Below are positions 28,099 to 37,549 of a DNA stretch of 64,000 bases, piece by piece; within the stretch, counting starts at the first letter, position 1, and every line of letters begins with the position of its first letter. Under the pieces are notes generated by a model. The model searched no databases. It saw only the letters and a list, made by a program, of their open reading frames with translations, and was not told where the DNA came from. The DNA comes from Alphaproteobacteria bacterium (GTDB lineage Bacteria; Pseudomonadota; Alphaproteobacteria; GCA-2731375). The stretch lies in the NCBI GenBank assembly GCA_965232515.1, contig CBDDPY010000002.1, forward strand, positions 6,048,001 to 6,112,000. The letters run 5' to 3'. Position numbers and translations under genes: made by a program.

Positions 28099-29688
28099 CT
28101 AGGGCGCGATGGCGGTCTGTTGGGATTGGCCGGCTTCGCGGACGCGGACCCGGTTGGCCGGGAAGGTCAGCGTCACGGCGGTGCCGACGTCAAGCTCGCT
28201 GTTGAGTTCAAGGTTGCCGCCGTGCAGCTCGATCAGCGATTTCACCAACGGCAGCCCAAGTCCGGTGCCGGCTTCCAGACTGCTGCGTTCGGCGCCGGCG
28301 GCCTGCCCGAACGGCTCCATCACGGTTTCCAGGCAATCCGGCGCGATGCCGATGCCGGTGTCGCGGATCGAGATGCGCAGCGATCCGGCAGGGCTGACCA
28401 GGAATTCAACCGAGATCCGGCCGTCGCCGGGCGTGAATTTTACGGCATTGGACAGCAGGTTCAGGAACATCTGCCGCAGGGAACGGCTGTCGGCAAACAG
28501 ATGCGGCAGGTCGGCGGGCAGGTCGATATCGATGGGCGCGCATTCGGTGTCGCGCCGGGCCCGGGTCAGGCGCACGGCCTCTTCCAATACCGGCTGGATG
28601 TCGATTTCTTCCTCGGACAGCTCGAAACGATTGGCTTCGATCTTCGCCAGATCCAGAAGCCCATTGATCAGGTCCAACAGGTGATCGGCGCTGCTGTAGA
28701 TCAACTCGGCATATTCCTGATAGCGCGGCTCCAGCTCGCCGAACATGCCGAGTTTCATGGTTTCCGAAAAGCCCATGACGGCGTTGAGCGGCGTCCGCAA
28801 CTCGTGGCTCATATGGGTCAGAAATTCCGACTTCGCCTGGCTTGCTGCCTCCGATTCCATCATCGCGTCATAAAGCGCGCCCTCGGCCCGCTTGATGGCG
28901 CTGATATCCTCCGTCAGGGAATAGAAACCGGTCACCGCGCCGTCGTCGCTCAATTTCGGGATGAACGACGTCCGCACGAAGCGTGGACCCGCCGTCTTGT
29001 AGCGCAGCTCTTTTTCGAATTCCGTCGACTTGCCGCTCAGCACGCTCTGAACGTGCGGCCGCAATTCCATATAGGCGTCGTAGCCGACGACCTCGTGCAT
29101 CGCCTTGCCGACAATATCTTCACGGCTGGCCTCGAACCATTCCTCGTGCTGGCGGTTGACCAGCAGATAGCGCTGATCCGCGTCCATGTCCGCCAGCAGA
29201 ACGGGCACCGCATCGGCCACGGCTTGAAGCTCGCCGTTCGTCGATTGCGCGGCCGGTTTGTCGGCGGCGCTTGCCGTCAACACGGCGGCCCAGCAAACTT
29301 CGCCACTCTGCGGGTCTGTCAGACAGAAAGCCTGCACCCTGACCGGGCATTCGCTGCCGTCCTTGCGTTGGAGGATCAGTTCCCCGGCAAACCGCTCGCC
29401 CTTTGTCAGGACAGCCCGCAGACGGGCAAGCGCCGCGCGGGACGTTTTTGCGTCCTGCAGCAACGATGTCGGCTTGCCGACGGCTTCGTTGGCCGCATAG
29501 CCCGTGAGCGCTTCGAACGCGGGGTTCACGTAGACGATTTCCGGCTGCGACGAACCGGTACCGGCCGTGGTGACAACAAGCGCGTCGCTGAGCGCAGCCG
29601 AAAGGGTCTGGACAATGTCCAGCATATGGCTTCCCGGCGGTGCGGCCTCCGCGGAGAGCATTTCAGGTTTCCTCACAGCGTGAGACAC
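28099..29688 (-). CDS. Soluble PAS-PAS histidine kinase (PleC/DivJ/PdhS-like)
   Basis: Two PAS domains, MSHELRTPLNAVMGFSE H-box, NLLSNAVKFT, DTGIG, GTGLGL; start uncertain. Confidence 0.9.
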   Translation of the reverse strand: MSHAVRKPEMLSAEAAPPGSHMLDIVQTLSAALSDALVVTTAGTGSSQPEIVYVNPAFEALTGYAANEAVGKPTSLLQDAKTSRAALARLRAVLTKGERFAGELILQRKDGSECPVRVQAFCLTDPQSGEVCWAAVLTASAADKPAAQSTNGELQAVADAVPVLLADMDADQRYLLVNRQHEEWFEASREDIVGKAMHEVVGYDAYMELRPHVQSVLSGKSTEFEKELRYKTAGPRFVRTSFIPKLSDDGAVTGFYSLTEDISAIKRAEGALYDAMMESEAASQAKSEFLTHMSHELRTPLNAVMGFSETMKLGMFGELEPRYQEYAELIYSSADHLLDLINGLLDLAKIEANRFELSEEEIDIQPVLEEAVRLTRARRDTECAPIDIDLPADLPHLFADSRSLRQMFLNLLSNAVKFTPGDGRISVEFLVSPAGSLRISIRDTGIGIAPDCLETVMEPFGQAAGAERSSLEAGTGLGLPLVKSLIELHGGNLELNSELDVGTAVTLTFPANRVRVREAGQSQQTAIAP

Positions 29689-29793
29689 GCCGCTATTGTT
29701 AGGCTGGAGTGCAGAAAGAAACGTTAAAGACTGGGGTTTTGTTGCCGCGGTTATGTCCGCGCAAGTCGTGTCTTGCTCATATTTTAGGAAACA

Positions 29794-30408
29794 TTATGTG
29801 TTGTGTTTCTCGCGCACCGCCGCGATTTCGGCTTCAAGTTCGGCAATTCGGGCGTGCAGCCTGCCGATCGGCTCGGCGAGGTCGGCCTCGGTAAACCGCG
29901 GCGTGATGTGCTGCGGGCAATTGATGTCCCACATTTCTACCTGGAAGAGGATTGCTCGTTGGGGGACCGCCTGGTCCGCCTCGGGCGCGAGGCTGTGCAG
30001 CAATGCCGGATCGTCCTCCACCACCCGCAGGCGTCCCCACAGCTTGACCCGGCGGCGGTTGGCGTAATCCATGAAGAATATGAAGGCCTTGTCGTTCTCG
30101 GACGCATTGCCGATGGTGATGTATTGCTGGTTGCCGGCGAAATCGGCGAAACCCAGCGTTCGATTGTCCAGGACCTTGATGAACCCGGTCGGGCCGCCGC
30201 GGTGCTGGATGTAGGGCTGGCCGTCGGCGCTGGCGGTGGCGAGATAGAAGGAGTCACGAGCCGCGATAAAGGCCGCGAGATCGCCGTCGATCCGGGTCCG
30301 CCATGAGCCTTTGTCGTCCCGACCGGCATAGGCGGCGCGGGAGCCCAGCCGCTCCTGCACGGCTTTCACGGCGGGACTGAAGGCGACGTCGCTGACGTTT
30401 TCGGGCAT
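29794..30408 (-). CDS. Pyridoxamine 5'-phosphate oxidase-like FMN-binding family protein
   Basis: FYLATA, PYIQHRGG, FADFAGNQQY, WDINCPQHITPR. Confidence 0.88.
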   Translation of the reverse strand: MPENVSDVAFSPAVKAVQERLGSRAAYAGRDDKGSWRTRIDGDLAAFIAARDSFYLATASADGQPYIQHRGGPTGFIKVLDNRTLGFADFAGNQQYITIGNASENDKAFIFFMDYANRRRVKLWGRLRVVEDDPALLHSLAPEADQAVPQRAILFQVEMWDINCPQHITPRFTEADLAEPIGRLHARIAELEAEIAAVREKHNT

Positions 30409-30434
30409 AAGGAAATCCTTTTATCGACAATGGC

Positions 30435-31892
30435 TTACAGGTCTTTGAACGGCGGCAGTTCCGGCAGCACCTTGCCCGGATTCATCAGATCGTCGGGATC
30501 GAGCGTCCGCTTGAGCCGCCGCATCAGCTCGAGTTCCGTCGCCGACTTGTAGCGGCCGATGGTCTCCCGCTTCAGTTGGCCAAGACCGTGCTCGGCGCTG
30601 ATCGAGCCGCCGAGCACGACGGCAGTCTCTTCCACCGCGTCAATCAAAGCCGGCCAGTGCGCCATGAAGGCGTCCGGCGGCATGGCCAGCGGGCGGCTGA
30701 GATTGAAGTGGATGTTGCCGTCGCCGATATGGCCGAACGGGATCGGCCGGACGCCCGGCACCAGGCCGGCAACGACGGCGCTGGCCCGGTCGATGAAGTC
30801 GGGAATTGCGCCGACGGGCACCGAGGTGTCGTTCTTCAGGTTGCCGGGGTCTTCGACCTGCGCGACGGCCAGACCCTCGCGATAGCGCCAGAGCGCCGCC
30901 GTCTGCCGGGCCGACTGCGCGATCACCGCATTCAGCACGAGGCCGTCATCGATGGCGGCGGCGAGCGCGGCTTCGAGATCCCGAGGCAGGCCGGCCTGCG
31001 CGGCCGCGCCCTAGGCTTCGAGCAGCACCTGCCAGTCATGGCGTTGCCCGAACGGCTCGTGCACCGCGCCGATATGGTCGAAATGCAGGTCCAGCCCGCT
31101 GCGCGGGATCAGCTCGAACGCCGTCACCGTCTCGCCGACGGCGCTTTGCAGCCGGCGCAGCAGCCGAATCGCGTCGGCCGGGTTGGCGACGGCGGCGAGC
31201 GCCGCGGCTTCCACGCCGGGCCGGCGTTGCAGCCGAAGGACGGCGGCCGTGACGATGCCCAGCGTGCCCTCGGCGCCGATGAAGAGCTGCTTCAGATCGT
31301 AGCCCGTATTGTCCTTGCGCAACCCCCTGAGGCCATCCCAGACGCGGCCGTCCGGCAGCACGACCTCGAGGCCCAGCACCTGCTCGCGCATGTTGCCGTG
31401 GCGCAGCACGGCATTGCCGCCGGCATTGGTGGCGATATTGCCGCCGATCTGGCTGCTGCCTTCGCCGCCATGGCTGACCGGAAACAGGCGGTCATGCTCG
31501 GCCGCGGCGGTCTGTGTCTGGACCAGCGTGCAGCCGGCCTCGACAGTGATCGTGTCGTTCGCCAGATCGATGTCGCGGATGCGGTTCAGGCCGGCGAGCG
31601 CGACGACCACCTGGTCCCCGCTTTCGTCGGGAATGGCGCCGCCGCAGAATCCGGTATTGCCGCCCTGCGGTACCAGGGCCACGCCCGCATCCCGGCAGGC
31701 CCGGACGACGGCGGCGACCTGTTCGGTGGTCTTCGGCCGGGCGACAGCGGCCGGTCGGCCCTGATGCAGGCCGATGACATCGCGGCCGAAGCCGGCTAGG
31801 TCTTCCGGCGCGCGCAGCAGGCCGCCCGGTCCCAGAATGGCGTCGATCCGGTCGAGGGCGATCTCCAGATCGGGCTTGGCGGTGCGTCGCAT
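30435..31892 (-). pseudogene. FAD-linked oxidase (D-2-hydroxyacid dehydrogenase/GlcD-like) interrupted by one in-frame TAG at 31011-31013
   Basis: N-part PQGGNTG, GGNIATNAGG, RKDNTGYDL, GAEGTLG; C-part GHIGDGNIH, SAEHGLG, MNPGK in the same frame. Confidence 0.85.
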
Positions 31893-31979
31893 GGGCGCAT
31901 TAGAGGCGGGCCGACGCCTGTCGGCAAGCGTGCTAAGTTCCCGCCAACGTGGAATTCGCGGGGAAAGAGACGGCGAGAC

Positions 31980-32585
31980 ATGACCTGGATAAAGACGGTG
32001 CCATACGGCGAGGCGAGCGGTCGGCTGAAGACGCTCTACGATCGGATCAAGGGGCCGGACGACAACGTCGACAACATCATGATGGCGCACAGCCTCAGGC
32101 CGCACACCATGGAAGGGCACATGTACATCTACAAGTACGTGCTGCACCATTCCGGCAACCGGCTGTCGAAGTGGCTGCTGGAGGCGCTCGGCGTCTACAC
32201 CAGCCTGCTGAACGGCTGCAGCTACTGCGTCGAGCATCATTTCCAGGGTATGCGGCGCCTGCTGGCGGACGATGCGCGCGCCGACGGGATACGCGCGGCC
32301 TTCGAAGCCGGTGCGCCGGAGCGTGCTTTCGACGGCCGCGAGCTGGCGATGATGCACTACGCCGCGGCCCTGACCACGTCGCCGCAAAGCATCGATGCCG
32401 GGACGATCGATCGTCTGCGCGCCGCCGGTCTGGACGACGGCGAGATCCTGGAGGTCAATCAGGTCGTCAGCTACTTCGCCTACGCCAACCGCACCGTGTT
32501 GGGACTCGGCGTCAACACCGACGGCGATGTCCTGGGCCTGTCGCCGAACGATTCCGACGATCCCGGCAACTGGTCGCACAATTGA
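31980..32585 (+). CDS. AhpD/carboxymuconolactone decarboxylase family peroxidase-related protein
   Basis: NGCSYCVEHH, YFAYANR. Confidence 0.9.
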   Translation: MTWIKTVPYGEASGRLKTLYDRIKGPDDNVDNIMMAHSLRPHTMEGHMYIYKYVLHHSGNRLSKWLLEALGVYTSLLNGCSYCVEHHFQGMRRLLADDARADGIRAAFEAGAPERAFDGRELAMMHYAAALTTSPQSIDAGTIDRLRAAGLDDGEILEVNQVVSYFAYANRTVLGLGVNTDGDVLGLSPNDSDDPGNWSHN

Positions 32586-32633
32586 TGCCGTTCGGTTCGC
32601 GGAAGCGACCATTTGAAGGTTAGGGGCTCAAGC

Positions 32634-33632
32634 ATGGCGCAGTCGGTATTGGTGACGGGGGGCGCGGGCTACATCGGCTCGCATATCGTCCTGGCGCTGC
32701 TGGACGCGGGCCACGGGGTCGTGGTCCTGGACGATCTGTCGTCCGGCCGGCGCGAGCTCGTGCCGGCCGATGCCGCTTTTATCGAGGCCGATGTCGGCGA
32801 TGGGGCGGCGCTCGACGCCTGTTTCGACGCGCATGACATCGACGCCGTCATCCATACGGCCGGCTCGATCATCGTATCGGAATCGGTCGAACAACCGCTG
32901 CGCTACTACGACAACAACACGGCCAAAAGCGGCGTGCTGATCGACGCCTGCATTCGGGCCGGCGTCGGCCGGTTCATTTTCTCCTCGACCGCCGCCGTCT
33001 ACGGCGAGCCGGCGGTGCTGCCGATCCCGGAGACCGCGCCGCTGCAGCCCATCAACCCCTATGGCCGAAGCAAGCTGGCGGTCGAGTGGATGCTGCGGGA
33101 CGCCGGCACGGCGCACGGTCTGCGATCCGGCATCCTGCGCTACTTCAACGCGGCCGGCGCCGATCCGGCGGGACGTAGCGGCCAGTCCACGCCGTTCGCG
33201 ACGCATCTGATCAAGATCGCGAGCCAGCTCGTTGCCGGCGCGCGCGACCACATGACGATTTTCGGCGACGATTATCCGACCGCGGACGGCACCTGCGTCC
33301 GCGACTATATCCACGTCAGCGATCTGGCCGCCGCGCACCTCGCGGCGCTCACCGACCTCGAGGCCGGCGGCGACAGTTTCGCGCTCAATTGCGGCTATGG
33401 CCGCGGTCATTCGGTGCGCGAGGTGTTGGACGCGGTGACGGCGGCCGCCGGCCGGCCGCTCGATATCCGTACCGGCCCGCGCCGCGCCGGCGATCCGCCG
33501 GCACTGGTGGCCGACGTGTCGGCGCTCGGCGCGCGATTGCGCTGGCAGCCGCGGCACGACAACCTGGCGGATATCGTCGGCTCGGCGCTGGCGTGGGAAA
33601 CCCGTCTGGTCGACAGCGAGCGCGCGGGTTAG
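32634..33632 (+). CDS. galE: UDP-glucose 4-epimerase
   Basis: TGGAGYIGSH, FSSTAAVYG, YGRSK, RYFNAAGA, DGTCVRDYIHV. Confidence 0.95.
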   Translation: MAQSVLVTGGAGYIGSHIVLALLDAGHGVVVLDDLSSGRRELVPADAAFIEADVGDGAALDACFDAHDIDAVIHTAGSIIVSESVEQPLRYYDNNTAKSGVLIDACIRAGVGRFIFSSTAAVYGEPAVLPIPETAPLQPINPYGRSKLAVEWMLRDAGTAHGLRSGILRYFNAAGADPAGRSGQSTPFATHLIKIASQLVAGARDHMTIFGDDYPTADGTCVRDYIHVSDLAAAHLAALTDLEAGGDSFALNCGYGRGHSVREVLDAVTAAAGRPLDIRTGPRRAGDPPALVADVSALGARLRWQPRHDNLADIVGSALAWETRLVDSERAG

Positions 33633-33666
33633 GCTCGGACCGATCGCAAGGGATGGAGTGGCGCGT

Positions 33667-34659
33667 ATGCGCGCAATCGTCTGCCGGCAGTGGGGTGGAC
33701 CGGAAGACCTGACGCTTGAAGACGTGCCGCCGCCGTCGCCGGGTCCAGATGAAATTCTGATCGGCGTGCGCCGCGCCGCCGTCAACTATGCCGACACGAT
33801 CATGGTGCGCGGCGACTATCAGACCAAGCCTGAGCTGCCGTTCAGCCCGGGCATCGAGGCGGTCGGCGAGGTGCTGGCCTGCGGCGACAAGGTCACGGAC
33901 TTCACGCCCGGCGACCGGGTCATGGCGCTGGTCTGGCACGGCGGCTTCGCCGAGCAGGTCGTGGCGAACCCGGTCGAGACCTTCAAGCTGCCGGACGGCA
34001 TGGACATGGACATCGCCGCCGCGATGCTGGGCGCCTATGTCTCGAGCCATGTGGCGCTGCGCTGGCAGGGGCGGCTCGAGGCCGGCGAGACGTTGCTGGT
34101 GCTGGGCGCGGGCGGCGGTGTCGGGCTCGCCGCGGTCGAGATCGGCAAGGCGATGGGCGCCAGGGTCATTGCCGCGGCCAGCGCGGACGAGCGGCTGGCG
34201 CTGGCGCGCACGCATGGCGCCGATGAGGTCGTGAACTATGCCGACGGCGACCTGCGCGCCGAGGTCGCGGCGCTCACCGACAAACACGGCGTCGATATTT
34301 GTTTCGATCCGGTGGGCGGGCCGCTGTTCGATCAGGCCCTGTCGTCGCTGGCCTGGGGCGGTCGCATTCTGCTGATCGGGTTCGTCGGCGGGATTCAGCA
34401 GATCCCGGCGAACCGCCTGCTGGTCAAGCACCGCTCGGCCCTGGGCTCGTCGCTGCGTTATTTCCGCAACCAGCGCCCGGACTTACTGCGCCGAAGTGTC
34501 GAGGAACTGTGCCGTTGGCAGGCCGATGGCAAGGTGCGGCCGACGGTGTCGGCCGTCTATCCCCTGGACCAGGTGCCGGCGGCAATGCAGGCGTTGGTCG
34601 ATCGGCAGGTCGTCGGCCGGGTGATTGCCGCGATTGACGATGGAGACCGGCAACCGTGA
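33667..34659 (+). CDS. NADPH:quinone oxidoreductase family (MDR)
   Basis: VNYAD, GAGGGVG, DPVGG. Confidence 0.92.
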   Translation: MRAIVCRQWGGPEDLTLEDVPPPSPGPDEILIGVRRAAVNYADTIMVRGDYQTKPELPFSPGIEAVGEVLACGDKVTDFTPGDRVMALVWHGGFAEQVVANPVETFKLPDGMDMDIAAAMLGAYVSSHVALRWQGRLEAGETLLVLGAGGGVGLAAVEIGKAMGARVIAAASADERLALARTHGADEVVNYADGDLRAEVAALTDKHGVDICFDPVGGPLFDQALSSLAWGGRILLIGFVGGIQQIPANRLLVKHRSALGSSLRYFRNQRPDLLRRSVEELCRWQADGKVRPTVSAVYPLDQVPAAMQALVDRQVVGRVIAAIDDGDRQP

Positions 34660-35351
34660 TGCGCCGCCGCGGGATTTTGGCCGTGCTGGCGCTGGCCGCC
34701 GTCTGCCTGTTCGGCGGGCCGGCGGTGAATGCCGGCCGACCGGTGGATCTGGCCCTGATCCTGGCGGTCGACTGTTCCTACAGCGTCAGCGCCGACGAGT
34801 TCCGCAAGCAGGTGATCGGTCTGTCGCTGGCGCTTCGCGACCCGGAGGTGATTGCGGCGATCCAGGGCGGCCGTCACGGCGCGATCTCGGTGGCGGTGGT
34901 GCAATGGTCGTCGTCCGGCGCGCAGGTCGCCGCCGTGCCCTGGACGCTGGTCGATGGACCGGACGCGGCCGATCAGCTCGCCGACCGCATCGCCGCGACA
35001 CAACGGCTGACCCGCGAAGGCGGCACGTCGATCTCGCATGCGCTCGAATTCTCGGCCGCGCTGTTCGCCGTCAATCCCTTCAACAGCGACCGTCATGTAA
35101 TCGACGTCTCGGGCGACGGCCGCAACAACAACGGCGTCAAGCTGCGGCCCGTGCGCGACCGGCTTGTCGCCGACGGCATCACGATCAACGGCCTGGTCAT
35201 CCTGAACGAGGATCAGACCCTCGACCGATATTTCGAATCGGATGTGATCGGCGGCGCCGGCGCATTCATCGTGCGCGCGGACGACTACGACGATTATCTC
35301 GAGGCGATCCGTCGTAAGCTGTTGCGCGAGATCAACAACTTCGTTTCCTGA
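34656..35351 (+). CDS. DUF1194 family exported protein (second paralog)
   Basis: Signal peptide, VDLALILAVDCSYS, VIDVSGDG, ITINGL. Confidence 0.9.
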   Translation: MMRRRGILAVLALAAVCLFGGPAVNAGRPVDLALILAVDCSYSVSADEFRKQVIGLSLALRDPEVIAAIQGGRHGAISVAVVQWSSSGAQVAAVPWTLVDGPDAADQLADRIAATQRLTREGGTSISHALEFSAALFAVNPFNSDRHVIDVSGDGRNNNGVKLRPVRDRLVADGITINGLVILNEDQTLDRYFESDVIGGAGAFIVRADDYDDYLEAIRRKLLREINNFVS

Positions 35352-35444
35352 CGCCGGCGCGCCGGACCCGGTTTATCCGTATTGTCATGCAAGCTACACT
35401 CGCCGCCGGGGGAGAGAGCGGCCGCTCGGGAGACAATCAACGGA

Positions 35445-36671
35445 ATGAACAACAGTCTTGCGGGACTGCGGCTGGTCGAGGGATCGGCCTTCGTCGCGGC
35501 GCCATTCGCCGGCATGACCCTTGCGCAGCAGGGTGTCGATGTCATCCGGTTCGACCCGATCGGCGGCGGCCTCGACTATCATCGCTGGCCGGTGACCGAT
35601 GACGGCAGCAGTCTCTACTGGGCCAGCTTGAACAAGGGCAAGCGGTCGATCGCGGTGGACCTCAGAAGCGAAGAGGGCCGCGATCTCGTGATCATGCTGA
35701 TCACCGCGGCGGGCGTCGACGCCGGCCTTTTCCTGACCAATTTCCCAGCCGTCGGCTGGCTCGACTACAAGGAATTGAAGAAGCGCCGGTCCGATCTGAT
35801 CATGCTCAACATCATGGGCAACTCGGACGGTACATCGGAAGTCGACTACACCGTCAACTGCGCGACCGGCCTGCCTTTCATGACCGGACCGTCGGAGCAT
35901 CCGGGGCCCGTGAACCACGTGCTGCCGGCCTGGGATCTGCTGACTGGCCTGACCGCCGTGAATGGGCTGCTGACGGCGGAGCGGCATCGGCGACTGAGCG
36001 GCGAGGGACAACTGATCAAGCTGGCGCTGTCGGATGTCGCCTTCGCCACCATGGGCAACCTGGGTTTCATCTCCGAATACCAGATCAGCGGCACGGAACG
36101 CGGCAGCACCAGCAACGACCTTTACGGCGCCTTCGGCCGCGATTTCGAGACCCGCGACGGCCGTCGGGTGATGATCGCGGCGATCAGTCCGCGGCAGTGG
36201 CAGGCTTTGGTGAAGGCGACGGGCATCGCGGATGCGGTCAAGCGCATCGAGGAATCCGAGGACGTGGACCTGAACCAGCAGGGCGACCGCTATCGGGCGC
36301 GCGAGGCGATCGCCGCATTGCTGGCGCCCTGGTGCGCGGCGCGTAGCATGGCGGAGGTGGCCGATGCCTTGAATCTCGCGCGGGTGAGCTGGGGGCCCTA
36401 TCAGACGGTGCGGCAGATGCTCGAGGAGGACCGCCGCTGCTCCACGGCAAATCCCATGTTCGCGGAGGTCGAGCAGCCGGGCATCGGCCGGCACCTGATG
36501 CCGGGCTCGCCACTGGAGTTCAAGGCCGCGGATCGTCATCCGGCCCGGCCGGCGCCGCTTTTGGGCCAGCACACGGACGAGATCCTGTACGATCTCTTGG
36601 ATCTGAGCGATGTCCAGATCGGCCGCCTGCACGATCGGGGATTGGTCGCCGGCCCGACGCCGAAGGAGTAG
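35445..36671 (+). CDS. mct: Mesaconyl-C1-CoA:C4-CoA transferase (2-methylfumaryl-CoA isomerase), family III CoA transferase
   Basis: EGSAFVAAP.GMTLAQ.G.DVIRFDPIGGGLDY.RWP, NKGKRS, SEVDYTVN match Chloroflexus Mct as recalled. Confidence 0.85.
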   Translation: MNNSLAGLRLVEGSAFVAAPFAGMTLAQQGVDVIRFDPIGGGLDYHRWPVTDDGSSLYWASLNKGKRSIAVDLRSEEGRDLVIMLITAAGVDAGLFLTNFPAVGWLDYKELKKRRSDLIMLNIMGNSDGTSEVDYTVNCATGLPFMTGPSEHPGPVNHVLPAWDLLTGLTAVNGLLTAERHRRLSGEGQLIKLALSDVAFATMGNLGFISEYQISGTERGSTSNDLYGAFGRDFETRDGRRVMIAAISPRQWQALVKATGIADAVKRIEESEDVDLNQQGDRYRAREAIAALLAPWCAARSMAEVADALNLARVSWGPYQTVRQMLEEDRRCSTANPMFAEVEQPGIGRHLMPGSPLEFKAADRHPARPAPLLGQHTDEILYDLLDLSDVQIGRLHDRGLVAGPTPKE

Positions 36672-36679
36672 ACGCAAGC

Positions 36680-37549
36680 ATGTCAGAAGTCCAATCGCCG
36701 GCCGGCGGCGCCTACGCGGACTGGGTCGGCCGCCGGGAGACGACGGTGGATCGTATCGCGCTGGCGCCAGCCCGCGGCCTGCTGGCAACGCTGAACGATG
36801 CCGCGACGGTTCTGACCGAAGGCGACGAGCTGCCGCCGCTCTGGCATTGGCTGTACTTTCTGGCGCAGGCCCCGCAATCGGCCATCGACGTCGACGGCCA
36901 TCCGGTTCGGGGCGGGTTTCTGCCGCCGGTCGACTTGCCGCGGCGGATGTTCGCCGGCGCCCGGATGACGTTCGAGGCGCCGCTCAGGATCGGCGTCGAG
37001 GTGCGGCGGGAGAGCGAGATCCTCGACGTCGTCGAGAAGTCCGGCCGCAGCGGCCGGCTGGTCTTCGTGACCGTGCGCAACCGGATCTATGACGGCGACC
37101 GGCTCTGCATCGAGGAGACCCGCAACATCGTCTATCGCGAGGCCGGCGGCCCGACGCCCGCGCCGGTGCCGTTGTCCGAATTGCCGGCCGCGCCGGCCGG
37201 CGCCTGGGTCGAGACGGTGTCGCCCGATCCGGTGCTGCTGTTCCGTTATTCGGCGCTGACCTTCAACGGCCATCGCATTCACTACGACTATCCCTATGTC
37301 ACCGGCGAGGAAGGTTATCCGGGACTGGTCGTGCACGGGCCGCTGATCGCGACCTTGCTGATCGATCTTGTGCGCCGGCATGCCGACCGTCCGGTGCGCG
37401 CGTTCCAATTCCGGGCCAACGCGCCGTTGTTCGCCGGCGCACCGTTCCGGGTGATCGGTCAGACGACGGGCGAAGGCATCGAGCTGACGGCCGAGCGCTG
37501 TGACGGCGCGGCCGCGATGACCGCGACGGCCGAACTACTTGCTGGTTAG
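36680..37549 (+). CDS. meh: Mesaconyl-C4-CoA hydratase (double hot-dog fold)
   Basis: LPPLWHWLYFL, DGHP.RGGF, PRRMFAG, HRIHYD.PY, EGYPGLVVHGPL; directly after mct. Confidence 0.8.
   Translation: MSEVQSPAGGAYADWVGRRETTVDRIALAPARGLLATLNDAATVLTEGDELPPLWHWLYFLAQAPQSAIDVDGHPVRGGFLPPVDLPRRMFAGARMTFEAPLRIGVEVRRESEILDVVEKSGRSGRLVFVTVRNRIYDGDRLCIEETRNIVYREAGGPTPAPVPLSELPAAPAGAWVETVSPDPVLLFRYSALTFNGHRIHYDYPYVTGEEGYPGLVVHGPLIATLLIDLVRRHADRPVRAFQFRANAPLFAGAPFRVIGQTTGEGIELTAERCDGAAAMTATAELLAG

Noticed and set aside
31011-31013. Pyrrolysine codon
   Set aside because: No pyl genes in the window, and the position is a non-catalytic linker; simple nonsense change or error is more parsimonious
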